A DNA stretch of 64,000 nt from Conexivisphaerales archaeon (GTDB taxonomy: Archaea > Thermoproteota > Nitrososphaeria > Conexivisphaerales > DTJL01), in NCBI GenBank assembly GCA_035543015.1, contig DATKKG010000017.1:92755-156754 (forward strand). The letters are read 5' to 3'. This document shows positions 25,573 to 34,570 of the stretch, piece by piece. Both the position numbers and the translations under genes were made by a program. Numbering within the stretch: position 1 is the stretch's first letter; each line of letters starts with the position of its first letter. Below the pieces are notes generated by a model. The model was not told the origin of the DNA and ran no database searches. It was given only the letters and a program-made list of their open reading frames with translations.

Positions 25573-25866
25573 TTGTCAACTGCTCTAGTGCAGCAACACT
25601 ATGGGCGGAGGTACGACAGGGATGTGTTGAGCGTGGACTGTTTGGTCATCGCGCTGCAGAAGGACGGCTTCAGGATTGAGCTGGAGGAGAAGGGTGAACT
25701 GGTGAAATGCCCCAAGTGCGGCAAGGCGTCCTGGCGGCCGTACCTGACCTCAAGGACGGGCAAGAACCCGGAGGGGGGCCCCTACTTCTACTGGGAGTTC
25801 CGCCACAGGAAGGACGGGCGGACGCACAAGAACAAGCACTGCTATTGCAAGGCCGTCAGACAATAG
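25573..25866 (+). CDS. small zinc-ribbon protein (paralog of 9355..9546), start uncertain
   Basis: The C-terminal 55 aa, VKCPKCGKASWRPYLTSRTGKNPEGGPYFYWEFRHRKDGRTHKNKHCYC, align with the 9.4 kb ORF. There is no in-frame ATG. Possible starts are TTG at 25573 or a later GTG. Confidence 0.5.
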   Translation: MSTALVQQHYGRRYDRDVLSVDCLVIALQKDGFRIELEEKGELVKCPKCGKASWRPYLTSRTGKNPEGGPYFYWEFRHRKDGRTHKNKHCYCKAVRQ

Positions 25867-25875
25867 GAGCCCCGG

Positions 25876-26109
25876 CTATCCCCTTCGGAACGGGCTGCTG
25901 GGCTCCCTGTACGGGATCGTGGTCACCGTCGGGACCCTCATCAGGAAGGGCTCCGACCCTGGCCGGGCCGCCACGGCCGCCTTCATCACGGTCTCCTGAT
26001 CCTCCCCGTGCGAAACGATCTCGAAATCCACTATGGCAACCCATTCGCCAAGGTAGGGCGACAGTTCCTTCCACATCCGGGACAGGCACTCCAACGCGGT
26101 CGGGTTCAT
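25876..26109 (-). CDS. small DUF5678-like protein
   Basis: 77 aa. The pattern LSPYLGEWVAIVDFEIVSHGEDQETVMKAA resembles archaeal DUF5678 proteins from memory. Confidence 0.45.
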   Translation of the reverse strand: MNPTALECLSRMWKELSPYLGEWVAIVDFEIVSHGEDQETVMKAAVAARPGSEPFLMRVPTVTTIPYREPSSPFRRG

Positions 26110-26248
26110 CCATCTCCTAATCGCAGGGTCGCTTTAAGCACCTTCCCGCTCGGCACCATGTGAGAGACAGGGAGGCCGCCTTCAAGAAGGAAAGCTCTAA
26201 ATGCCTTGAAGCGCATGCGATGGCATCGGAAGCTGCGGTGAAAGGAAG

Positions 26249-26440
26249 ATGAACAAGAGGAGGGCCTTGAGATTCCTGAAGTACTTCCTGATGCTCTTCG
26301 TTTCCCTGAACTTCGTCACCGCGGTCGTGGTGATCTCCCTTAACCCGGGCACGCTCATCTCGCTGCTGCTCTTGGCCGCGATGACCGTGCTCTCCGCGAT
26401 AATAGCTGCTCGCGACGTCAGCTACATACGGTGGTTCTAG
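26249..26440 (+). CDS. small two-TM membrane protein
   Basis: 63 aa with a basic N-terminus and two hydrophobic helices. Confidence 0.4.
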   Translation: MNKRRALRFLKYFLMLFVSLNFVTAVVVISLNPGTLISLLLLAAMTVLSAIIAARDVSYIRWF

Positions 26441-26444
26441 CTCC

Positions 26445-27293
26445 CTAGCGCTCGACCGGGTTCTTCACTGCGTTCCCCCACTCCGCCCAGGATCCGTCGT
26501 AGTTCTTCACCCGCGGGAACCCGAGGAGGTGTTTGAGCACGAACCACATGTGGGATGACCTCTCTCCTATCCTGCAGTATGTTATCACCTCCTTGTCGGC
26601 CGTGACCCCCAGCAAGGAGAACATGGCCACAAGTTCGTGGACCGGCTTGAAAGTGCCGTCGCCCTTGAGCACGGAGCTCCAGGGGACGTTCACTGCCCCG
26701 GGGATGTGGCCACCCCTCTGGGCCATCTCGGTGGGATACTCGGGAGGGGCCAGGATCTCCCCCCTGTACTCCTTGGGGCTCCTTACGTCGACGAGGACCC
26801 TCCAGTCTGCGCCCAGATCCTCCTTGACCTGCGGCATGTAGGCCCGCAAGGACTCGTCCGGCTGAGCCGCCCGGAACAGCCTGGGCTCGTACTTCGGCAC
26901 CTCCTTCGTCATCTCCCTGTCCTCCATGAGCCACCGCCTCCTGCCGCCGTCCATGAGCTTGAGCCTCTTGAAACCGTAGTATTCGCAGACCCAGAAGGCG
27001 AAGGCGGCGAACCAGTTGTTGAGATCTCCGTAGAGGACCAGGGTCGTTTCGTTGCCCACCCCCATGTCACCCAGCACCTTCTCGAAGGCCCTCGGCTGTG
27101 CGACGTCGCGCGTCAGCGGGTCGTTGAGGTCCCTGCGCCAGTCCATCAAGGAGGCGCCCCGCAGGTGGCCCAGGAAATAGTTGGAGACCGGGTCGAAATC
27201 AACCTCGACCACCCTCACCGCTGGGTCCCCGATGTGGTCCGCAACCCAGGCGGTCGATGCCAGTGCCGACGCGTCGGCGTATGGCGTCACCAT
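26445..27293 (-). CDS. thiosulfate / 3-mercaptopyruvate sulfurtransferase (tandem rhodanese)
   Basis: Active-site loop YCRIGERSSH and tandem rhodanese architecture. I prefer the ATG at 27293 over the track start at 27347. Confidence 0.9.
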   Translation of the reverse strand: MVTPYADASALASTAWVADHIGDPAVRVVEVDFDPVSNYFLGHLRGASLMDWRRDLNDPLTRDVAQPRAFEKVLGDMGVGNETTLVLYGDLNNWFAAFAFWVCEYYGFKRLKLMDGGRRRWLMEDREMTKEVPKYEPRLFRAAQPDESLRAYMPQVKEDLGADWRVLVDVRSPKEYRGEILAPPEYPTEMAQRGGHIPGAVNVPWSSVLKGDGTFKPVHELVAMFSLLGVTADKEVITYCRIGERSSHMWFVLKHLLGFPRVKNYDGSWAEWGNAVKNPVER

Positions 27294-27392
27294 GGTTCGA
27301 CGGCTGGTGCCTCCAGCACATAAGGCTGACCCTTCAAACCAGAGCATGCCCCAGCTTCCGCTGGGTGCGTGAGTGAAAGAAATGCAGGCAGG

Positions 27393-27800
27393 CTACTTCT
27401 GGATGGTCAGGAAGGCGTGATGGTGATCTTCTTCGTCGGCTTCGATGTCTTCGAACAGATCGACGGTGGCGTAGTCCTTCTCCCTTGCTGCGACCTCAAT
27501 TATGTGCTTGTACAGCTTTATGGCGTCCGTTTCGGCCTTGATGTCGTCCTTGAGAACTTGGGCGGTGGACTTGCTGTGGGCTATCGGGTCCGGCTGCGTC
27601 GTCGGCGCCACCCCCAGGTAGTCCAGCCTCTCGGCGATCTTCTCATAGTGCTTCATCTCCTCTATCGCGGTGTCTCTCAGGATGTCGGCCAGCTGAGGGC
27701 TTTCGAGGCCATGCACCATCACGTGCTGCCACATGTACTGGATGGTAGCCTGCAGCTCGCCCGCGGCTGCCTTGTTCAGCAACTCGGTTATCTCTGACAA
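27393..27800 (-). CDS. ferritin-like (bacterioferritin/DPS-like) four-helix bundle protein
   Basis: Di-iron ligand-type motifs (ELQATIQY, EEMKHYEKIAERL, ADEEDHHH). Confidence 0.8.
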   Translation of the reverse strand: MSEITELLNKAAAGELQATIQYMWQHVMVHGLESPQLADILRDTAIEEMKHYEKIAERLDYLGVAPTTQPDPIAHSKSTAQVLKDDIKAETDAIKLYKHIIEVAAREKDYATVDLFEDIEADEEDHHHAFLTIQK

Positions 27801-27892
27801 GTCTATTCAGATGGTGTTCGCTTCACGGGTTAATGAGGCTTGCGTGGAGCGCCCGCATGGCTCGTGCCCGAAGGATCCCCCGGGCTCGCCAC

Positions 27893-27904
27893 CGTTTTTA
27901 TAGC
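27893..27904 (+). promoter_or_regulatory. BRE/TATA candidate (CGTTTTTATAGC)
   Basis: About 40 nt upstream of the TTG at 27940. Confidence 0.4.
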
Positions 27905-27939
27905 TGTGGGTGGTCATCCTTGGGTGAGGCAGTTCTCAG

Positions 27940-28158
27940 TTGGTCGGCATTAAGGAGATCCTAGACATGGACGACAGGAAGGTCGGGGAGTACTTCAGCG
28001 GCCTGAGCGAAAAGGAGAAGCTCAACGCGTTCGTGACCCTCGTGAAACACATGAAGTTCTTCGACGAAGAGATGAAGGCTCTGGCGCGGGACTGCCTGAA
28101 GGACGTCTTCGTCGATGACAGCTCTGCCCTCTATGAAGGATACGAGCTGCCGGGCTGA
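27940..28158 (+). CDS. hypothetical small protein
   Basis: 72 aa ORF with a strong BRE/TATA-like CGTTTTTATAGC about 40 nt upstream. Confidence 0.4.
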   Translation: MVGIKEILDMDDRKVGEYFSGLSEKEKLNAFVTLVKHMKFFDEEMKALARDCLKDVFVDDSSALYEGYELPG

Positions 28159-28355
28159 CCGTGGCCGCCACCGCGCTCCGAATGGAGCTAGATGAGCTCG
28201 GGCCAGCCGAGAGGCATCGCGGGCGCAATTCAAGACGGCCGGTCCGAGTCCGGATACCAGGACGTTGAGCTCGGGCTTTATGCCATGAGCTCTAGGGCTG
28301 GGCGCAAAAGTGTCGCCTCCAGTTGACCCGCCGCGGGCCCGATTCACACGCGCGG

Positions 28356-29399
28356 CTAGGGGGTCATCACGATCTTGCCGCTCTGGCCCGACTTCATGAG
28401 GTTGAACGCCTCCTGGTATTCGCTCATCCTGTACCTGTGGGTGATGAGCCTTGCCAGGTCCACCTTGCCGGACCTAAGGTACGACGCCACCGTGTACCAG
28501 GTGCCGAAGATGCGCCTCCCGTATATCCCGTGCAGCTCGACCATCTTCAGGACGATGTCGTTCGAAACGTCGATCTCGACGGGCTTCGAGGGCAGACCCA
28601 ACAGACAGGCCCTTCCGCCCGAACGAATCACCTTCAGCCCCTGCCTGATCGTCTCGGGGACGCCGGCCATCTCAAGGAACACGTCTACGCCGCGCCCGTT
28701 CGTCTGGGACATGATCTCCTTCACCGGATCCGCCAGCTTCGAATTCACGACGGAGGTGGCCCCGAACTCCTGCGCCAGCTTGAGCCTGTAGTCTGAGATG
28801 TCCACGGCGAAGACCTTCTCCGCCCCCGATTGGCGGCAAAGCGTCGCGGAGAGTATCCCTATCGGGCCGCAGCCGAAAATGGCGACCGTCTTCCCCTCGA
28901 CTCCTCCTCCTGCGAAGACGGTGTGAACCGCGTTGCCCAGCGGCTCCTGCGCCGACGCAACTTCATAGGGAATCGACTTGTCGTTGCGCCAGGCGGTGCT
29001 TTCGTCCAACGCCACGAACTCCGCAAAGCAGCCCTGGGTGTCGACTCCCCTGAGCTGGACGTTCTCGCATATGTGCTCGTTGCCGGTCCTGCACTGCTCG
29101 CACCTGTGGCACGGGATGTGGGTCTCACCGGAGACGCTGTCTCCGACTGCGAACCCCTTGACATCCCTCCCGACCTCCACCACTTCGCCCGCGAACTCGT
29201 GCCCCATCACCAGCGGGGGCTTGACCCTCGCCGCCGCCCACTCGTTCCAATCGTAGATGTGGACGTCGGTGCCGCAGATGCTGGTGGCTCTGACCTTCAC
29301 GAGGAGCTCGTTCTTCTTGATGACTGGCTCAGGCATGTCCAAGAAATCGGCGCCGTACGCAGGCCTGGCCTTCACGACGGCCTTCATGCCGTCCGACAC
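28356..29399 (-). CDS. tdh: L-threonine 3-dehydrogenase (zinc ADH family)
   Basis: TSICGTDVHIYDWNEWA and GHEFAGEVVEVG motifs. It lies divergent from kbl. Confidence 0.9.
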   Translation of the reverse strand: MSDGMKAVVKARPAYGADFLDMPEPVIKKNELLVKVRATSICGTDVHIYDWNEWAAARVKPPLVMGHEFAGEVVEVGRDVKGFAVGDSVSGETHIPCHRCEQCRTGNEHICENVQLRGVDTQGCFAEFVALDESTAWRNDKSIPYEVASAQEPLGNAVHTVFAGGGVEGKTVAIFGCGPIGILSATLCRQSGAEKVFAVDISDYRLKLAQEFGATSVVNSKLADPVKEIMSQTNGRGVDVFLEMAGVPETIRQGLKVIRSGGRACLLGLPSKPVEIDVSNDIVLKMVELHGIYGRRIFGTWYTVASYLRSGKVDLARLITHRYRMSEYQEAFNLMKSGQSGKIVMTP

Positions 29400-29511
29400 T
29401 GCCTAGGGATGTCATTTATAGGTTGTTCTCGTAGGACGAGACCTCCCCTTCGGCCCCCGGAGGCTCGCCGGGCCCGCGCGACTCGGACTAACGATAAATA
29501 ACCGTCCTCAC

Positions 29512-30717
29512 TTGCCTTCCCTCATGTCAGGCGCTCACCAGGACGACGTCGAAGAGATCGCCAAGGAAGAGCTGGACAGGATGGCGGCGGGAAACCTCCT
29601 CTGGAGGAAGCGCATCCTCGAGTCAGCCTCCGACACATGGGTCTCGGTCGACGGAAGGAAGGAGCTCATGCTTTGCAGCAACAACTACCTTGGGCTGGCG
29701 AACAACCCGGAGCTGAAGCTCGAGGCCATAAAGGCCGTGGCCGAGTTCGGGGTGGGCTCCGGAGCGGTGAGGGTGATCTCCGGGACCATGCGGCTTCACG
29801 TGCAACTGGAGGAGGAGCTGGCAAGGTTCAAGGAGACCGCCGCCGCGATAACCTTCCAGAGCGGGTTCGCCACTAACCTGGGAGTCATCCCGGCCCTGAT
29901 CGGGGAGGGCGACGTGGCCGTAAGCGACGAGCTCAACCATGGGAGCATCATCGACGGCATACGTCTGAGCAAGGCCGAGAGGAGGGTCTACAGGCACTGC
30001 GACATGGAATCGCTCCAGGAGGCGCTCGAGGGGTCTTCCTCGTTCCGGCGCGTCCTCGTCGTCACCGACGCGGTGTTCAGCATGGACGGCGACATCGCCC
30101 CCCTGCCCGACATCGTCAGGCTGGCTGAAGGGAGCTCGGCATTGACCTACGTCGACGACGCCCACGGCGAGGGGGTCCTCGGCGAGCTCGGCAGGGGAGT
30201 GGTCAACCATTTCAAGCTTCAAGGAAGGGTAGACGTGGAGATGGGCACCTTCTCCAAGGCCTTCGGCTGCGTTGGCGGGTACGTGGCCGGGGGGAACTAC
30301 CTCTGCGACTATCTCTTCAACAAGGTGAGGCCCTTCCTGCTCTCGGGATCGCACCCTCCGGCCGTCGCAGCGGCGAACCTCGCCGCCGTAAAGTACGTGC
30401 AGAGGCATCCTGAGCTCTTCAGCTCACTCTGGGGGAACACTGATTACTTCAAGAAGGGCCTTAAGCAGCTCGGCTTCGATACAGGGAGAAGCCAGACCCC
30501 GATCACGCCGGTCATCGTAGGCGACAGCGGCCGGGCTCAGGCCCTCGCCTCCTCGCTCTTCGAAGAAGGGGTCTTCGTGACGCCCATAGTCTATCCCATG
30601 GTCTCCAAGGACGGGGCCAGGGTCAGGACCATCGTGACCGCCGCGCACACAAAGGGGGACCTCGACTTCGCCCTGGCGAAGTTCGAGAAGGTGGGCAGGG
30701 CCCTCTCGATCATCTAG
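29512..30717 (+). CDS. kbl: 2-amino-3-ketobutyrate CoA ligase (glycine C-acetyltransferase)
   Basis: Alpha-oxoamine synthase family. The PLP lysine context is GTFSKAFG. Adjacency to tdh favours Kbl over BioF. Confidence 0.88.
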   Translation: MPSLMSGAHQDDVEEIAKEELDRMAAGNLLWRKRILESASDTWVSVDGRKELMLCSNNYLGLANNPELKLEAIKAVAEFGVGSGAVRVISGTMRLHVQLEEELARFKETAAAITFQSGFATNLGVIPALIGEGDVAVSDELNHGSIIDGIRLSKAERRVYRHCDMESLQEALEGSSSFRRVLVVTDAVFSMDGDIAPLPDIVRLAEGSSALTYVDDAHGEGVLGELGRGVVNHFKLQGRVDVEMGTFSKAFGCVGGYVAGGNYLCDYLFNKVRPFLLSGSHPPAVAAANLAAVKYVQRHPELFSSLWGNTDYFKKGLKQLGFDTGRSQTPITPVIVGDSGRAQALASSLFEEGVFVTPIVYPMVSKDGARVRTIVTAAHTKGDLDFALAKFEKVGRALSII

Positions 30718-30753
30718 GCCAAAGCGATAAATACGCTCCCGGGCCATAAGTGA

Positions 30754-31641
30754 ATGCGGTTGAAGTACCCCAAGGAGACCTTGAAGGTCATCAAGGAGGT
30801 CAAGGCCGACCGGTCGACGGGGGCCATCGGCCTGGCCATCAAGGCACTTGACGCCTTCAAACCTCTCGGGGAGACGCCCGGGTCCGACATCAAGATGGTC
30901 AGGGGCGTGTCAAGACAGCTTCTCAAGGCGCGGCCCACCATGGTGTGCGTCGGCAACGCTTCGTCTGAGCTCTGCTGCCGCGTCATAGACAAGCTGGGCG
31001 AGGGCGACGCTGGCAAGTTTGCCTCAGCAGAGGCCGAGAAGCTTCAGAGGAAGATGGTGCTGTCAAGAATAGCGATAGCCAACGCGTTCGCTCAGTACCT
31101 GAGCAGGCCCGTCGTGGTCCTCACGGTGAGCGACAGCCAGACCGTCCTCGAGACCCTGCGAAGGTCGAAGGAGATGCTCGCCCAGGTGTTCGTGACGGTC
31201 TCCGACCCGGGAGGCGAGGGAAGGGCGCTTTCCGAGAAGCTCTCGTCGGGCGGCATCCGGAACATACTCGTCCCCGACATGGTCGTGGGAAGCATCATGC
31301 CCAAGGTCGACGTGGTGCTCCTCGGGGCCGACGCCGTCCTCTCCGACGGCTCGGTCGTAAACAAGCTCGGGAGCAACACCGCCGCAAAGATCGCCTACGT
31401 TGAGGGGAAGCAGGTCTTCTTCCTGGCGGAGGCCATGAAGGTCCATCCCGCCGGCGAAGAGGTGACCCTCGAACTCGACACCGACGCCGGCCAGGGGGGG
31501 TACCTGCCGAGGTTCGACATCACGCCGTACGGCTACGTGCAGCACGTCGTTTGCGAAGACGGGGAGCTGGACCTCGAGCGGATAAAGAGCCTCTCGGAGA
31601 AGTACGCGGACTTCAGGCGACGTGTAAAGTCCGCTAAATGA
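30754..31641 (+). CDS. eIF-2B alpha/beta/delta family protein (possible ribose-1,5-bisphosphate / MTR-1-P isomerase type)
   Basis: 295 aa with family-like segments (VLLGADAVLSDGSVVNKLGS). Confidence 0.7.
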   Translation: MRLKYPKETLKVIKEVKADRSTGAIGLAIKALDAFKPLGETPGSDIKMVRGVSRQLLKARPTMVCVGNASSELCCRVIDKLGEGDAGKFASAEAEKLQRKMVLSRIAIANAFAQYLSRPVVVLTVSDSQTVLETLRRSKEMLAQVFVTVSDPGGEGRALSEKLSSGGIRNILVPDMVVGSIMPKVDVVLLGADAVLSDGSVVNKLGSNTAAKIAYVEGKQVFFLAEAMKVHPAGEEVTLELDTDAGQGGYLPRFDITPYGYVQHVVCEDGELDLERIKSLSEKYADFRRRVKSAK

Positions 31642-32056
31642 ACAGCGTTATCGCTGCAGGGTCCGACGCCAGCTCGAGGAACCCAGCCGCGCCTATCACG
31701 TCGTCGACCACCCCTACCAGGTCCTGGCTCTTCAGTCCGAACAGACCCATGGTCGGAGAGCAGGCATGTATCTTGACGCCGCTTTCCTTGGCCTGCTTGA
31801 GCATGTCGGTGACCGATGGCATCCCTCCCTTTGAGAGCAGCTGAACGAGCTCCTCCTTTGAAACTCCGAGGTCTACGGACGGCTTGATGTCGCCCGACGC
31901 CTCCTTCGTCAGGAGCTTCATTCCACCGAACGTGAAGTAGATGTGAGTCTCCATCCCCTCCATGGCGGAGGTCGTGGCCAGGATGAGGGCCGGGTAAAGG
32001 CCGTCGGTCGTCCCCCTGCTTGCCACCATGACCAACTTGTTCTTCTTGGTCTCCAA
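31634..32056 (-). CDS. DsrE/DsrF-like (COG2210) sulfur-relay family protein
   Basis: 140 aa: KLVMVASRGTTDGLYPALILATT ... HACSPTM. Confidence 0.7.
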   Translation of the reverse strand: METKKNKLVMVASRGTTDGLYPALILATTSAMEGMETHIYFTFGGMKLLTKEASGDIKPSVDLGVSKEELVQLLSKGGMPSVTDMLKQAKESGVKIHACSPTMGLFGLKSQDLVGVVDDVIGAAGFLELASDPAAITLFI

Positions 32057-32115
32057 TTCGGACTCGTGAGACAGAAAGCCCGATATAAGGCTACTCCTCG
32101 AAGCTTCTCAGTCCG

Positions 32116-32775
32116 TCAGGCCCTCGCTGTCGACAGGAGGAGGGAAGCGACCCCGGCCACGGTGGCGTCTCGGAGCTTCACGGCCCCCGAGCCCAGCACG
32201 ACCGTGGGGACGTTCCGAACGTCGTACCTCCTGGCGAGCTCCGGGAACTCGAAGGCCTCTACGATGTCGACCCGCACCTTCGGGGACTCCATTGAGGCCT
32301 CCATAAGGAAACGCGCCACGGGAGGGCACCGCCGGCATGCAGGGGACACGAAGACCTCCGCCCTGACCTCATCCGGCAGCTCCCTGAGCCTAGTGGCCAG
32401 ACCCGCCGGAAGCCTGCTCCTGCTGCGAGAAGCCGCGAAGATCGCGTCCACAAGGACGTCCAGCTCCGATCCTATGGGGGCCCCGAAGAAGGTCACAGAG
32501 GAAGGTCGCCTTCCGCCAATTACGATGGCGGGAAGCTTTGGGCCCTCCGCGGAGCGGCCCTCCGTTTGGGCCCGGCCCGACCTGCGGACGGTCATGGTGA
32601 TGCGTGGCTCTAGGCCCGACAGCTCCTTCGCGAGCTTGACGGCCCGATCGCAGTTCTCGCAGCCTGCGCAGGTCTCGACGGCGAGGCTCACCGGCAGCTC
32701 GAGCTTGGAGCCGAGGACCTCCTTCAAATGGACCCTGTACGGTTCCGGAATGAGCTCGTCCAAGCGAAGATGCAT
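32116..32775 (-). CDS. protein disulfide oxidoreductase (two thioredoxin/glutaredoxin-like units)
   Basis: Two CxxC sites: CAGCENC and CRRCPPV. Confidence 0.8.
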   Translation of the reverse strand: MHLRLDELIPEPYRVHLKEVLGSKLELPVSLAVETCAGCENCDRAVKLAKELSGLEPRITMTVRRSGRAQTEGRSAEGPKLPAIVIGGRRPSSVTFFGAPIGSELDVLVDAIFAASRSRSRLPAGLATRLRELPDEVRAEVFVSPACRRCPPVARFLMEASMESPKVRVDIVEAFEFPELARRYDVRNVPTVVLGSGAVKLRDATVAGVASLLLSTARA

Positions 32776-32799
32776 CTGGAGAGAGGTCGCCCTTAAGCC

Positions 32800-33153
32800 T
32801 TGACGGAACTGGTCACGAAACGAAAAAAGGCCGGCTTGCCTGAATGGCCGAGCATGCGTGCCGTAGTGTACAACTCGAACACCGAGTACGAGCTAGGCGG
32901 CCCCGTGAAGCTGGTCCACGATCCCGTCTGCGGAGAGGCACTCAAGGTTGAGGGCTCCCTGGAAGCCTACACGGAGAGGATGACGATGGGGGCGGCGGCC
33001 TTCACGAAGAAGGTTGAGGAGATCCTCAGCTCGGACTTCGTGGACGTGGTCCACGTCCAGACCCCGGACCTTCATCAGGACGAGAACGTTCTCAGGGAGA
33101 TACGAGGCCTCATCGAGCCGGCGGAAGGGGCTGCCAAGCCAGGGTCAGAATGA
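32800..33153 (+). CDS. hypothetical protein
   Basis: 117 aa ORF. No family recognised and the start is uncertain. Confidence 0.3.
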   Translation: MTELVTKRKKAGLPEWPSMRAVVYNSNTEYELGGPVKLVHDPVCGEALKVEGSLEAYTERMTMGAAAFTKKVEEILSSDFVDVVHVQTPDLHQDENVLREIRGLIEPAEGAAKPGSE

Positions 33154-34569
33154 CGGGACGTGTTTCCTCGAAGCGTTCTCCGCTTCGGCTATGTCCGCCG
33201 CGGCCTGCCTGACCGCCAGGTCCACGAGCCGTGGGGCCAGCCCGAGGTACTCCTCCGGCTTCAGGGCCAGCAGCGGCCCGGCGTCGCCCTTTAGAGGGGA
33301 GCTTCTGACGGCTTCACGGAACTCCTTCAGGCTCATGGTCTTGCCCTTGAGCATGCCCATGACGTCTTCGAACGCGCCCTCCCTACCCGCCTTCCTCAGA
33401 AGGAGCTGGAGCGCCTCGCCGAGGACCTCTGCATGGGCGTCGAGGTCCGCCTTCATGGCCTCGCCGTCGGCGTCCACCCGTCTCAGCCCCTTGGCCGTCT
33501 TCTTCGCGCTCAGCATGGAGTGCGCCAGGGCGACGCCGTAGTTGCGCTTCAGGGTCGTGTCCGACAGATCGCGCTGCATCCTCGACATCTCGAGCTCCGA
33601 GCTGAGCGACTCCAGGAGCGAAGCGCCCAGCTTGGCGTTCCCTTCGCTGTTCTCGAAATCTATGGGGTTCACCTTGTGAGGCATCGTCGAAGAGCCCACC
33701 TCGCCGTCGGCCCTTTTCAGCCTCAGGTAGCCCAGGGAGCAGTACAGCCACATGTCGACGTCGAGGTTCTGGACCACCCTGTCCGCGATGGAGATCCCGT
33801 CCAGCAGAGAGGAGATGTCGTCGTGAGGGAGGACCTGGGTCGTGAGGAGGACGGGCCGCAGGCCGAGTGACGAAACGAAGGACTCGCTGAACCGCACCCA
33901 GTCGACGTCCGGGAAGTTCACGTGCAGGGCGCTGAAGTTGCCCACGGCCCCGGTCAGCTTCCCGGGGTACTCGAAAGCTGAAAGGCTCCTGGCCAGCCTG
34001 GACAGCCTGACCAGGTAGTTCGCCAGCTCCTTGCCGAGGGTGGTGGGGGACGCCGGCTGCCCGTGGGTGTGGCCCAGCATCGGCTCAAGCTTCAGCTCGA
34101 CGGCCATCTCCGAAAGGGTGCGGCATAGATCGGTCAGGGCCGGCAGGTACCCCTTTAGCACGGCGTCCTTCAGCATGAGCGAGTAGGAAATGTTGTTGAC
34201 GTCGTCGCTGGTCAGCCCGAAATGTATGTACCTGCCCAGCTTGCCGTGCCCACCCCTCCTGCAGAGGTACTTCAGGTATTCGACCACGGCGACCACGTCA
34301 TGGTTGACCTTCTCTTCGTACGCTTTGACCTCCTGCGCGGCCTGTTCGTCGAATCCTTTCAGGACCTTCCTCAGGAACCTGATGTCGCCATCCGTCACTT
34401 CGACCCTGTCCCCCAGCTCGGAGGCGAAAGCCTCGAGGTACGAAACCTCGACCAGCAGCCTGTAACGGAACAGAGCGAACTCGGAGCAGTACTGAAACAG
34501 CCCGGACACTTCCTTGCGATAGCGACCGTCGATCGGGGAGATCTCGGACAGAGGGCTTGGGGCCGGCAC
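33145..34569 (-). CDS. purB: adenylosuccinate lyase
   Basis: Fumarate-lyase signature GSSTMPHKVNPIDFEN. Confidence 0.92.
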   Translation of the reverse strand: MPAPSPLSEISPIDGRYRKEVSGLFQYCSEFALFRYRLLVEVSYLEAFASELGDRVEVTDGDIRFLRKVLKGFDEQAAQEVKAYEEKVNHDVVAVVEYLKYLCRRGGHGKLGRYIHFGLTSDDVNNISYSLMLKDAVLKGYLPALTDLCRTLSEMAVELKLEPMLGHTHGQPASPTTLGKELANYLVRLSRLARSLSAFEYPGKLTGAVGNFSALHVNFPDVDWVRFSESFVSSLGLRPVLLTTQVLPHDDISSLLDGISIADRVVQNLDVDMWLYCSLGYLRLKRADGEVGSSTMPHKVNPIDFENSEGNAKLGASLLESLSSELEMSRMQRDLSDTTLKRNYGVALAHSMLSAKKTAKGLRRVDADGEAMKADLDAHAEVLGEALQLLLRKAGREGAFEDVMGMLKGKTMSLKEFREAVRSSPLKGDAGPLLALKPEEYLGLAPRLVDLAVRQAAADIAEAENASRKHVPSF

Positions 34570-34570
34570 C

